Assembly: GCA_964469335.1 (NCBI GenBank)
Contig: CAYXYK010000001.1
Span: 78,501 to 142,500, forward strand
Length of the DNA stretch: 64,000 nucleotides
Source of the DNA: an uncultured Candidatus Saccharibacteria bacterium
GTDB taxonomy: Bacteria; Patescibacteriota; Minisyncoccia; Phycocordibacterales; UBA6899
Reading direction: 5' to 3'
Each line of letters opens with the position of its first letter. Positions within the stretch are counted from its first letter, which is position 1. The notes under the pieces are model-generated. The model did no database searches, was not told the DNA's origin, and was given only the letters and a program-made list of their open reading frames with translations. A program made the translations under genes and the position numbers. Positions 39,686-48,299 of the stretch are shown here, in pieces.

Positions 39686-39758
39686 TGATCGTCGGTTGCG
39701 AAAGAACTCCTCTCCTCGACTCCCTCACTTTCTTCTAAAGCTCTTCTAAAAAACTCCC

Positions 39759-39776
39759 CGCACAATTGGCGGGGAG
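39759..39776. terminator. Second copy of CTCCCCGC-acaattg-GCGGGGAG hairpin
   Basis: aaaaaactccccgcacaattggcggggag, identical to 39095-39120 copy. Confidence 0.4.
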
Positions 39777-39789
39777 AAATGTTTAACAT

Positions 39790-39975
39790 TTTCGAATCCC
39801 TGCCGCAAAGAATGCAGGGGGGTTCGGTCACGAGTTTCTAAGTCGCTGCGCTCCTAAGAACTCTCGACCCCGACTCGGCCACGCCCTCCGAGGACGGAGG
39901 TCGGCTTCGCGGCCTCCGTCTTTCGAATCCCTGTAGGCACTCCAAAACGCAACCACCCCAATGCTTGCGCATCGG
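39790..39975. other. Highly structured GC-rich intergenic segment (candidate ncRNA/attenuator-like or recombination remnant)
   Basis: Direct 13-nt repeat TTTCGAATCCCTG at 39791 and 39930; hairpins CCCTGC-cgcaaagaa-TGCAGGG, imperfect 11-bp stem GGTCACGAGTT/AACTCTCGACC, mutually exclusive CCCTCCG-agga-CGGAGG vs GACGGAGG-tcggcttcgcgg-CCTCCGTC, and CCACCCC-aatgcttgcgcatc-GGGGTGG. Confidence 0.3.
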
Positions 39976-40162
39976 GGTGGGCGTTATTGGGTCGCTATCG
40001 GGGTGAGTTCAGAACTTTTCTTGAGCTTGATTGGAAACAGATTAGCGCAGATCTCTATATTTTTCAAGGGTGTTTTCCGAAGATTGGGGTTATCCAAGCA
40101 TAGTGCGCCACTGTGCACCGAGATTTGGAAATTATGGGTCAGTTTGTTGGCAGAGCGGGTCC

Positions 40163-41722
40163 TCAAGGTTCACCAATGAGATCAAAAAAGGGTAGCTGTT
40201 TCGTCGTCTTATAAACGGGCGTATCGCGATCTTGAAAAGTAGCGTCTGTGGCTGATTTGCTATTTTGCATATTCAATACCTGTGTTGATGAGGCAATAAG
40301 GTCACCCCGCTCACTAAAATAGTGATCTTTAAATACCCTTACACCCCCTTCTTCGCTTGAGTAGAATGTATTGAGAGTTTCCAACACCTTTGCAAGCGTC
40401 CCATCTTTTCGGAAACAATAATCGTCAAATTGTGCCCAATCTCCTGATGGAGAAGTGTTAAATGTCCTAACATACAAAACATTGCCCTTATCAGTCCAAA
40501 CCTCTGCGCTTTGATATTCGTTTTCACTATCTCCGAAATGTTCCTCGTGTTGCCACTTTAATGTGGTACTGCTGTTTAGAAAACGTTCGGATGCCGAACC
40601 CATTTTTGTGGATTTGCAGTACTGGGTTAGCGCTAGCTTTTCTTTTTCTGTAACCACATCTATTTTGGGCAAAAGAACATTCTCACTCGCAGGAAGCAAT
40701 TGAAATCCATCTTTAAATCTTTCAACCAGACCGAGCGCATCGCTGTTTGAACCAAATTCATAAATGTATCTACCTTTCTTTATTACATATGCACGATCAA
40801 TACTCATACAACATCCCGTTGCGGAATAGTACCCTTGCTCACCTGAAAGTTTTATTTCGTCGCCGACTTCGTAGCCCCTCAGCTCCGCACTCCTTCCCTT
40901 ATAGGTAAGGAGGAGCCAATCCTTCAGAGGAAAGTTACTCTCATAAACTCTAGCGTATAGATCTCTTGAGAAGAGAATTGTTTCGTACTTTTTTTGATCT
41001 TTCAAACTAAGAGTTTTGAATATAGGGGCACATTCTTCCCTTGTCGGCTTGAGGTTAGCCCATCCCCCTCCTTCCATTCTATTGTTTAAGCAATCACTGA
41101 TAAGAATTTCCTTTTCTCTCTGCGGGTCGACAAACCTGACAGCAAAGACCGTTCCCGGTGTCCACCGCCTAGATGAATAGTCCTTGTCGATCTGCCAAGA
41201 ACTCGGATGAACGAAACTGAAACCAAAATCTTTGTTTGTGTAGGTTGTGGTCGCGACATCCCAGGTAACAGGCCGCCCAGTTATTTCATCTATCTGTTTG
41301 CAAGTGATGTCTGCAGATCCATCAGTACTTGTGGCCAAATTGGTTATCAGAACATGACCATAATTTCCGCCAATGAGGGTGACCGCGTGTTGTCCGTCCG
41401 AAAAGCTATCCTCATTGCTTATGCCAGCAACTCTACCCAAGTAATACTCTGGGTATTTACCAGTCGCCGCATCCCTCGTGTTTTCCCAATATCGAATCTT
41501 ATTCGGCGTCTCGAGTCCCAACCTAAATTCTTTACCATTCTCACACGAGAAGAGATCAGACGGCGATATTCCTCCAGTCCACGTGCTTGTAGCATTTTTC
41601 TCAGTCGAGGTAACTGCTGGTGTGAGCTGACTAGTTGGCTTCATCAGCACTAAAACAGCACCGGCGAGCAGTAGTCCACCAATGCCAAGCGCAGGAATCA
41701 ACCACTTTTTTACGTTCACCAT
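40163..41722 (-). CDS. Hypothetical membrane-anchored secreted protein (519 aa)
   Basis: MVNVKKWLIPALGIGGLLLAGAVLVLM anchor; no motif recognised. Confidence 0.45.
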   Translation of the reverse strand: MVNVKKWLIPALGIGGLLLAGAVLVLMKPTSQLTPAVTSTEKNATSTWTGGISPSDLFSCENGKEFRLGLETPNKIRYWENTRDAATGKYPEYYLGRVAGISNEDSFSDGQHAVTLIGGNYGHVLITNLATSTDGSADITCKQIDEITGRPVTWDVATTTYTNKDFGFSFVHPSSWQIDKDYSSRRWTPGTVFAVRFVDPQREKEILISDCLNNRMEGGGWANLKPTREECAPIFKTLSLKDQKKYETILFSRDLYARVYESNFPLKDWLLLTYKGRSAELRGYEVGDEIKLSGEQGYYSATGCCMSIDRAYVIKKGRYIYEFGSNSDALGLVERFKDGFQLLPASENVLLPKIDVVTEKEKLALTQYCKSTKMGSASERFLNSSTTLKWQHEEHFGDSENEYQSAEVWTDKGNVLYVRTFNTSPSGDWAQFDDYCFRKDGTLAKVLETLNTFYSSEEGGVRVFKDHYFSERGDLIASSTQVLNMQNSKSATDATFQDRDTPVYKTTKQLPFFDLIGEP

Positions 41723-41727
41723 TTGCT

Positions 41728-41745
41728 CATCCTACACCCAAAAGT
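41728..41745 (-). promoter_or_regulatory. Conserved 18-nt leader (minus-strand sense ACTTTTGGGTGTAGGATG) with SD-like AGGA 7 nt before start codon
   Basis: Identical 18-mer at 43152-43169 upstream of next-but-one gene; degenerate copy (GGGTGTAG) before 42495 start. Confidence 0.4.
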
Positions 41746-41772
41746 GCGGGGTGGGGAGCACATTGGTGAACA

Positions 41773-42495
41773 CTAATCTTGAATGACAACTTTGGTACCA
41801 ATGCCGCCATTTGGACTATCCTTCAAAAAATCGAACAATTCAATCACATCCTTATCGGCCATTCCCACACACCCTTTTGTCCAATCACGACTTGTTGAAA
41901 ATCCGCCACCATGGATCCCCACCCCGCGAAGCAGCTCCCTGCGGGGATTTTTCTCATTAAAGGCCCGAATATCAGCATCATTCATTATGGGACCAAACTT
42001 GTTTTCGAATGACGTGATACGTTCTTGTCCATCGGGATATGCGGAAATGTACATTCCTTTTGCCTTCTCAAGAGTATCGAGTCGCATCCAACGCTCCCAC
42101 GGCGGATTAGTTACAACATCCATTGTCTCGATCATGAACACCCCCTCTGGGCTTTGGTCATCTTCTGCGACTTCAGCATCCGCCTTTTCTCTTCGAATGT
42201 TTACATCGTATTTCTTAACAATAGTTCCGTCTTTGAATAAATGAAGCTCGTGTTTGTCTTTATATACGACAACAAGGTATCCCACCTCGGTGGGAAGCTC
42301 AATGGTTTTTTTGGGATATTCTGGATGCTCGTTCTTCTCATATATTGTCTGAAGTGATGGAAACGCGAGGTATGTGGTGAGCAAGAATTTTTTAAATGAG
42401 GGGAAAATAGGCCATGAAATTGCCAAGACAAAAAGCGCTCCTCCAATAAGAGTGGCAATGATCAAGTGCTTATTTGTGACTTTCCTCATTTGCAT
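41773..42495 (-). CDS. L,D-transpeptidase (YkuD domain), membrane anchored
   Basis: GVGIHGGGFSTSRDWTKGCVGMADKDVIELF contains YkuD His...Gly-Cys catalytic motif. Confidence 0.7.
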   Translation of the reverse strand: MQMRKVTNKHLIIATLIGGALFVLAISWPIFPSFKKFLLTTYLAFPSLQTIYEKNEHPEYPKKTIELPTEVGYLVVVYKDKHELHLFKDGTIVKKYDVNIRREKADAEVAEDDQSPEGVFMIETMDVVTNPPWERWMRLDTLEKAKGMYISAYPDGQERITSFENKFGPIMNDADIRAFNEKNPRRELLRGVGIHGGGFSTSRDWTKGCVGMADKDVIELFDFLKDSPNGGIGTKVVIQD

Positions 42496-42585
42496 ATACT
42501 ACACCCTACAGTTTTGATGTGAAATTTCAAAAATATTGCACCTTATGCAATGTGGTCACTCATAAAAGAGCAGTCCCGAGCCGTT

Positions 42586-43146
42586 TCAGGGGGTTGGTGG
42601 TTCCTCGCCTGGAAGTGGGTCGGAAGATAGCGTTGAGTTCACACTTCTCCCGATACGTACCGGTGTGGGGGTCGCGATCTGATAAGTTGTACTTGAGGAA
42701 GTGTTGTGAATATACGCTGGGGGCACATACGGTCCTTGAAAAAACGGACCAATTAAACTTAGTGTCAACGAAATCACCGTATACGGGATCAAAAAAATGA
42801 GGGGGTATAATGATCGCTTTTTAATAAAAAATACAATTAAAACCCCCATTACAAGTGCATCGGTTAATGCCCCAGAAATCATCGAGGAAGCATAAACTTC
42901 GGGTGATGCATAATTCTCCATTCCATCAAAACACTTGCAGCCCCATGGGTATCCCTCTATGTTCTTTAACACACCAACATTTATGTACTCGGAAACATAA
43001 ATGAGAAGAGATATACCACTCAACACAAAATACGGAAGAAGGATGATTCTGCACACTGTACTTTTGGAAACAGCAAACTGATCAAACGCCATAAGCTTTT
43101 GAAACCAAGCTCTGTCGGGTGTACACCACGTCTTCATATTCAACAT
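42586..43146 (-). CDS. Hypothetical integral membrane protein
   Basis: 186 aa, 4 TM helices, Pro/Thr-rich C-terminus. Confidence 0.4.
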   Translation of the reverse strand: MLNMKTWCTPDRAWFQKLMAFDQFAVSKSTVCRIILLPYFVLSGISLLIYVSEYINVGVLKNIEGYPWGCKCFDGMENYASPEVYASSMISGALTDALVMGVLIVFFIKKRSLYPLIFLIPYTVISLTLSLIGPFFQGPYVPPAYIHNTSSSTTYQIATPTPVRIGRSVNSTLSSDPLPGEEPPTP

Positions 43147-43151
43147 GAAAA

Positions 43152-43169
43152 CATCCTACACCCAAAAGT
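43152..43169 (-). promoter_or_regulatory. Second copy of conserved leader ACTTTTGGGTGTAGGATG
   Basis: Exact 18-nt match to 41728-41745, same 7-nt spacing AGGA to ATG. Confidence 0.4.
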
Positions 43170-43393
43170 TCTGAAGTGAAATTAAGGGTATTAAAAAAAT
43201 GACTCACCGTTGAGCCGTTTCTTGAATTTGAGTGCCCACGAGAGACTTACTTGCTATTTTGGGCACTGTGGATTAGATTCATAGCTACCACATGTCCTTC
43301 GGGGTATACTGGTATTAGTCTCATCTACCATGCGTAGAAAGAGCATACGAAACCGTCCAGCAATGGGCGGTTTCAGCTTTATGGGCAGAAACC

Positions 43394-43891
43394 TCAGGGT
43401 TTAATACTCCTAAAATACTCCTCTCGCTCAGCCCTAAACGCAGTAGCTCTGTGTGGGTTTAGAAGATATGCAGACTTAAGGACATAATAGCCGTTACGCT
43501 TTGCAAGAATTACGGCGTAATTTTCTTTTTCAAGCCAAATAACAACCCTACGATCACCCCTCCTTTCGTTTTCCCAAGAAGAAATCTCGGGATGACTATC
43601 GCTTGCCTGTATGATCCAAGCAATCCATCTTAACCTCTCACACCTCCGAAGGTCTGGGGTTCGCTCCGCCTCAATTTCACCCTCTGATGTTAAATGCCAA
43701 AAAGAAGAGGGCTTACCCTTATACTCGGGTTTCCTTTGCAATACCACTTTCGTGCCACGAAAAAGGAGCGCGGCGTCCCTAAGTGACTCACAATATATCG
43801 CATATAACTCTTCTTGGTATGTTTCCCAGTCTCCACCCGAGAACACCACAAGCTGTGGAGGATTCAAATCTTGTTCGTCTGCGGTTTCCAT
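43394..43891 (-). CDS. Hypothetical protein (165 aa), overlaps DUF3800-like gene by 28 nt
   Basis: METADEQDLNPPQLVVFSGGDWETYQEELYAIY...; no motif recognised; lies at GC drop. Confidence 0.4.
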   Translation of the reverse strand: METADEQDLNPPQLVVFSGGDWETYQEELYAIYCESLRDAALLFRGTKVVLQRKPEYKGKPSSFWHLTSEGEIEAERTPDLRRCERLRWIAWIIQASDSHPEISSWENERRGDRRVVIWLEKENYAVILAKRNGYYVLKSAYLLNPHRATAFRAEREEYFRSIKP

Positions 43892-44565
43892 ACAAAGACA
43901 TTGAACTTATCCTCCTCTCTATCTGTTGAAGCTAGGACTGTTTTGCCGATATTACTTTCAATCATTTCCACAACCTCTCGTTTTCCCGCGCTTGTTTTCA
44001 GACCGCGGTGTGCGTAAGCCAGTGCGCCACAAAACAAGTCGGTAATTTGCATCAATTCGACTTCATGGGATCTCACTTGTTGAGCCCTTAGAGTAGAGAG
44101 GTCTTCGATGGACGCGATATTCAATATGCGCTTAAGCTCTTTGACCTTCTTATCCCCTTTTGTGTCCTTAATATCAAAATACAAATTATACTTTTCAGAG
44201 GGTTGCATAATCACGCGGAGCAGCTGGTAAAACATTTTGTAATACCAAGTATTGTGATCCTGTGAAAAAGCAGAGTGGTTAAGGAGTGTTTTATCAGGAA
44301 CTACCACTGCCCTAAAGTGAAGGTTCTGGTTTGAAAAAAAGTACTCGACGAGGGCTTTGTAGAAATTAACCTTTGACGCAGATATTTTTGTCCATTTTGC
44401 CTCAAAGGTCTGCGATAACCCGTGTTCTTTCTTGATTGCCCTAATTTGGGCAAAAGTTTCTTGGGAGTGCTCGTGGTCTACCCAAGTAGCCCCAAGAACA
44501 AATACTCCCAAGTGATCATGTTGGAGATGGCAACTTTCATCGCAATAGACATTATAGACAGCCAT
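43864..44565 (-). CDS. DUF3800-like protein (defence-island associated family)
   Basis: N-terminus MAVYNVYCDESCHLQHDHLGVFVLG with hallmark Y-x-DES motif of DUF3800; 233 aa. Confidence 0.45.
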   Translation of the reverse strand: MAVYNVYCDESCHLQHDHLGVFVLGATWVDHEHSQETFAQIRAIKKEHGLSQTFEAKWTKISASKVNFYKALVEYFFSNQNLHFRAVVVPDKTLLNHSAFSQDHNTWYYKMFYQLLRVIMQPSEKYNLYFDIKDTKGDKKVKELKRILNIASIEDLSTLRAQQVRSHEVELMQITDLFCGALAYAHRGLKTSAGKREVVEMIESNIGKTVLASTDREEDKFNVFVWKPQTNKI

Positions 44566-44647
44566 GCATATACAATACTTGAAAAATCCCCACAGGCAAT
44601 GCCAGAACTCATTGCGTAATACGTATTGTTAAGTATTGTAAAGCGTA

Positions 44648-45401
44648 ATGGGAAAAATGACGCAATCAATGCAAAAAGTAATGAACTACCTTCTCGACCT
44701 TGTAGAGTCGGAAGACTTTCAGATGCAGATCAAGAACCTTCGAAAAGAGGTCGGTATCCCCGAGAATGGACTTCCGTATATTCAAGAAGACAAGGATACA
44801 TTTCGTGGACGCTCACTCTTCTATATGCCCAAGGGCGTAACGCAAGCGCAAGCAAAGCAAGCAAATCTTGGACTAAGGGAGATCACAAAGGATTTTCCTG
44901 TTCGTGAATTAGACATCACCGTCGGCTTTCGAATGTATTTTTTTCACAATGAGTTATTCATGGACAACTTTGAAAATGGTATTTTCTTCAGTAACCTTTG
45001 TAAAATTGTTGATCTGCGGGGAGACTTTCAGGAATATGCCCCCATATATGAGGAGCGAATGGAGAATTACAAAGGAGGACTATGACAAAAAGCATAAGGA
45101 GCTCAGAGAAAAGCAGTATGATCTCGGTATGCAATTGGACGACCACACAAAGGCAGACGAAAGCTATCATATTGCCGCTTCTACAGTGCTCAGCTTAGCG
45201 AAACGTGCAGTAGAGATTTTCGAAAGTTCTGAACCTGAGGAAAAACGCGTGTTTTTGAATTATCTACTTCAGAACTCCACCGTAAACGGAAAAAACCTAA
45301 GCTACGCCTTGCGTTCTCCGTTTAATGCTATCCTCGAATTGACGACTCAACCCACTAGGGGTGCCGTAGTGTGTAGACTTCGAACCTATTTGGTCAGTTA
45401 G
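44648..45401 (+). pseudogene. Frameshifted gene (two overlapping ORFs 44648-45085 / 44949-45401); C-terminal part weakly resembles tail of large serine recombinases
   Basis: Frames switch near a C5 run (gccccc 45041-45046). Second part ...EEKRVFLNYLLQNSTVNGKNLSYAL resembles the C-terminal ENKRTLLISLGTNFILYDKEL of the recombinase at 53309. Confidence 0.35.
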
Positions 45402-45416
45402 CTTGTTCTTCTAACA

Positions 45417-45443
45417 TTCACAATGTTCACAATGTTCACAAAT
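45417..45443. repeat. Three tandem 9-bp units TTCACAATG / TTCACAATG / TTCACAAAT
   Basis: ttcacaatgttcacaatgttcacaaat, followed by C-rich/G-run hairpin CCCCACCCCC..GGGGG and TTAAGTTTT (terminator-like, 45447-45481). Confidence 0.6.
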
Positions 45444-45571
45444 TTACCCCACCCCCACCCCACAGAGAGGGGGTTAAGTTTTCGTAACATCCCTAACTTG
45501 AGTACCCTCCTTCTCTCAAATCCTATTTTTAAAAAAATATTTTTTGAATTTTGGACTTATACGTACAAAGA

Positions 45572-45847
45572 CTAATCTCGACAATATCCAACAGCAGTTG
45601 AGTCCTTGCTCACTTTGCACTGAATATTGTTTGGATCGGTAGAGTCACAAAGCCAATTTCCTGCCTCTCTTGCACGCTGACATGCTCTCATGTCTGTAAA
45701 TCTTGCTGAGGCAAAGCAGTCTTCATAAACATCTGAGCAAATTACATACTCAACTGGAAATTGATAGTGTTTATACCCAAAATAGATACTTGTTATAACA
45801 AATACCGTTAGAGCGATTCTTAAGATTTTTATCTCAGTTACTTTCAT
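45572..45847 (-). CDS. Small secreted/membrane-anchored Cys-rich protein (91 aa)
   Basis: N-terminal hydrophobic segment ILRIALTVFVITSIYFGY; 7 Cys in C-terminal 60 aa; ~30% GC. Confidence 0.4.
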   Translation of the reverse strand: MKVTEIKILRIALTVFVITSIYFGYKHYQFPVEYVICSDVYEDCFASARFTDMRACQRAREAGNWLCDSTDPNNIQCKVSKDSTAVGYCRD

Positions 45848-45866
45848 AATTTAATATTTACAAATA

Positions 45867-46640
45867 CTACACAACAATTTTTTTCTTAATTTCATCATAA
45901 TATTTCCGGCATTCAACATCTACAGTTGTTGCAAAAAGGTATGTTGCTTCTACAAGTGATTGATGAAGACTGGAACTCTCTGTTGCTACGCTAATTAACT
46001 TTTTTTCAAAAGCTTGCTTATTTTTTACATATTCATTGTGCATCAATTCTCCAAACGGACCACCGTGAACAATTGATGACAGGGCAGAATATTCGCTGAT
46101 TCTGCTTGATATATATTCTTTTTGATACTTATCAAAAACAGCATCCTCTATGTTGCTATTATTTATCAGATAACTGAAAATATTAGAAATATTAAACTGC
46201 AGTGCGGCATTTTCTAATTTGGTATTGTTGTCACTCTTTGTACCCCACTTTGTATACTCAGGGGATATTTTAGCATTAAAATTATTTATTTTTTTAAATG
46301 CTTCTAAATCTTCGTTGCCTCTTAATTGGCTATAATATGTTTTACCTACTGAGTCATCTCTATCTTTTAATGACTTAACGTAAATATATAAATGCTTAAA
46401 ATTATGCTCCACAAGTGAGCGAAGTAAAACGAGAGAGGAATAAAGGTTACCACTCTGACACTCGCTTAAAATTGCATTTGTTAAGTACCCACTTTTTGGT
46501 ACGAAGGACACGAGTGCTTTTCCTGTTAGTTTAAAATTCCCTTTGGCCAAAGATTCACTAATTATCGGTAGTGTTCTTGTTGTCTTCTCTGCAAGTAAGA
46601 CATTTAAGCAAATCTGTTTTTCAATTTCACCAAAAGACAT
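45867..46640 (-). CDS. Hypothetical protein (257 aa) with possible HEPN-like Rx4H motif
   Basis: LLRSLVEHNFKH (R-x4-H); AT-rich, no other motif recognised. Confidence 0.35.
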   Translation of the reverse strand: MSFGEIEKQICLNVLLAEKTTRTLPIISESLAKGNFKLTGKALVSFVPKSGYLTNAILSECQSGNLYSSLVLLRSLVEHNFKHLYIYVKSLKDRDDSVGKTYYSQLRGNEDLEAFKKINNFNAKISPEYTKWGTKSDNNTKLENAALQFNISNIFSYLINNSNIEDAVFDKYQKEYISSRISEYSALSSIVHGGPFGELMHNEYVKNKQAFEKKLISVATESSSLHQSLVEATYLFATTVDVECRKYYDEIKKKIVV

Positions 46641-46704
46641 GTCTCCAAGCTAGTCCATATCTTAACGTAATGCAATCTAGATTTGGGAGTAAATCGGCGC
46701 ATGC

Positions 46705-47205
46705 CTAATTTCCTCCTTCAAAATCACGGAGGATTTTTAGGTATTCTTGTTGAACATCGTGTGGGATCTGGGGATGATCAAGTGGTTTAATTGCACCTTT
46801 GTTTTCGACAATCACACTTACCTCATCAAAGAAAAATCCATCTTGGGTGGCCATGAATAGGAAGGAAGGGTTCCAAGACTCTGCCATGCGGTGAGCATAG
46901 CGATATACATAGTCGCTATCGAGATGGTGGAGATATTTCACCTCGATCAATCTTACTTCTTTTGTTTTCTTGTTAATTACGGCAAAATCAGGTGAGGTCC
47001 TGAGTATCTCTAGCGTACCTTTGTTTTCATCATACCCACCCTGCACCAGTTCAGGGACAATTTTTTCATAACCAAACTCTAGCACAGTGAAGTCTCCAAC
47101 CTCACGAAGCATCTGCGCAAAAATTGTTTCTGCGATTTTGCCTTTTACTAAATTTCTTGCGAATGTGATGTTGTTGCTCATAAACTGAATGGTAGCATAA
47201 GCCAA
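46705..47205 (-). CDS. Candidate PD-(D/E)xK-fold nuclease (166 aa)
   Basis: LRTSPDFAVINKKTKEVRLIEVKYL: hydrophobic-PD ... E-V-K with the spacing of the restriction-endonuclease-like fold. Confidence 0.35.
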   Translation of the reverse strand: MAYATIQFMSNNITFARNLVKGKIAETIFAQMLREVGDFTVLEFGYEKIVPELVQGGYDENKGTLEILRTSPDFAVINKKTKEVRLIEVKYLHHLDSDYVYRYAHRMAESWNPSFLFMATQDGFFFDEVSVIVENKGAIKPLDHPQIPHDVQQEYLKILRDFEGGN

Positions 47206-47649
47206 TTACAACATCACTTCGGGTTTAAATTCCACTATTGGACAGATCGCCAATGCTCTTGCTTCTCCGGTTAGTTCAGGACTACCATGGGAATTCGTTA
47301 TCAAGTCATATGCTCCTTTTGGGCAAACCATGAAATGCATTTTTGGTAAAAAGATTGAGAATAATTTTGCTACACCTCGATATTTTTTGCGTGTCCATGT
47401 GAAAATAACTTCTTCTGATGAGGCAACATTTCTCTCATTGTAGATTCTATTTAAGTTACGAAAATCCTCTTTTTGAGTAATTAAACCCTTAGTGGAGCTA
47501 TCCATCCCCGAGCACAGAAAGACTATTGAGGCATAGGGCTTGAGTCTGCCTACCTCAGTTTTATCCTCTGGTAGGTAACTTAATATCTTGCATACCTCGC
47601 CATCAATAGAAGACCAGTCGCTGTCACTTAGTAGTATTTTCATGCTCAT
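47206..47649 (-). CDS. Hypothetical protein (147 aa), immediately upstream of and abutting the PD-(D/E)xK candidate
   Basis: MSMKILLSDSDWSS N-terminus loosely reminiscent of TIR/Rossmann-like beta-strand start; no firm assignment. Confidence 0.3.
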   Translation of the reverse strand: MSMKILLSDSDWSSIDGEVCKILSYLPEDKTEVGRLKPYASIVFLCSGMDSSTKGLITQKEDFRNLNRIYNERNVASSEEVIFTWTRKKYRGVAKLFSIFLPKMHFMVCPKGAYDLITNSHGSPELTGEARALAICPIVEFKPEVML

Positions 47650-47656
47650 AAGATCC

Positions 47657-48025
47657 TTATTTCTTTTCCATGTAAGCCATATATTCTGAACTTAAAGAAC
47701 TTTCTTCTGCTTCCAGTAGGTGATATACACAGCTGTCTAATAGCGCACGATCAAAAGATTCTCTGTTGCTTAGTTTTATTTTCCCCAAACAACTGTCGAC
47801 ATATTGACCGTGGAGTGCAAACCTAATTTGGGCACAGTCTTCGCGATTCTTAAAACCAATTTCTCTTAAAAATCCTTCTTCATATCCCTCACATGACACA
47901 ATACTGGCTACCCTCTCACCCTGATCAACTCGCCAAATGTCCCTTCCCAAATATAGTCCGAGAAAAAGCATGAAGAAAGAAAATACGATAAGAAAATTTT
48001 CTGAGCTCTTTGAAAATAGTTTCAT
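47657..48025 (-). CDS. Small membrane-anchored protein (122 aa), first gene of AT-rich operon
   Basis: FLIVFSFFMLFLGLYLG TM helix then Cys-containing soluble domain. Confidence 0.35.
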   Translation of the reverse strand: MKLFSKSSENFLIVFSFFMLFLGLYLGRDIWRVDQGERVASIVSCEGYEEGFLREIGFKNREDCAQIRFALHGQYVDSCLGKIKLSNRESFDRALLDSCVYHLLEAEESSLSSEYMAYMEKK

Positions 48026-48299
48026 GACTTAGAAATATAAGACTTGTTCTAATCCCATTGTCGGCATACAAAAAGCCCACCACGGGTAGAGACCGAAATC
48101 TCTCAATCTGGTTTCCCAGAAAGGCAGGACATGCAACCCCATGATGGGTTTGTTATGCGTGTCCTGACTTTTTCACCATGCCAATATTGCTATTGGTTTA
48201 GGCTACTGTTTCTTATTCAGTTGTACCGATACTCTAGCACAAAAAACTCTTTATTTACCAGCATTGCAACCAATATGTTGTCTGATGGGAATTAGGCAT

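Noticed and set aside
39785-39945. Possible tRNA gene suggested by two TTCGAATCC (T-loop-like) strings and a ...CACTCCA 3' end
   Set aside because: Neither copy has a 5-bp T-stem flanking a 7-nt loop, and no D-arm/anticodon arm or acceptor-stem complementarity could be built on either strand. Kept only as an unexplained structured region.
43200-43390. Looked for a tRNA/tmRNA integration target at the GC break (hairpin GTGCCCA...TGGGCAC)
   Set aside because: No tRNA-like cloverleaf or conserved tmRNA motifs found by eye; only an isolated hairpin.
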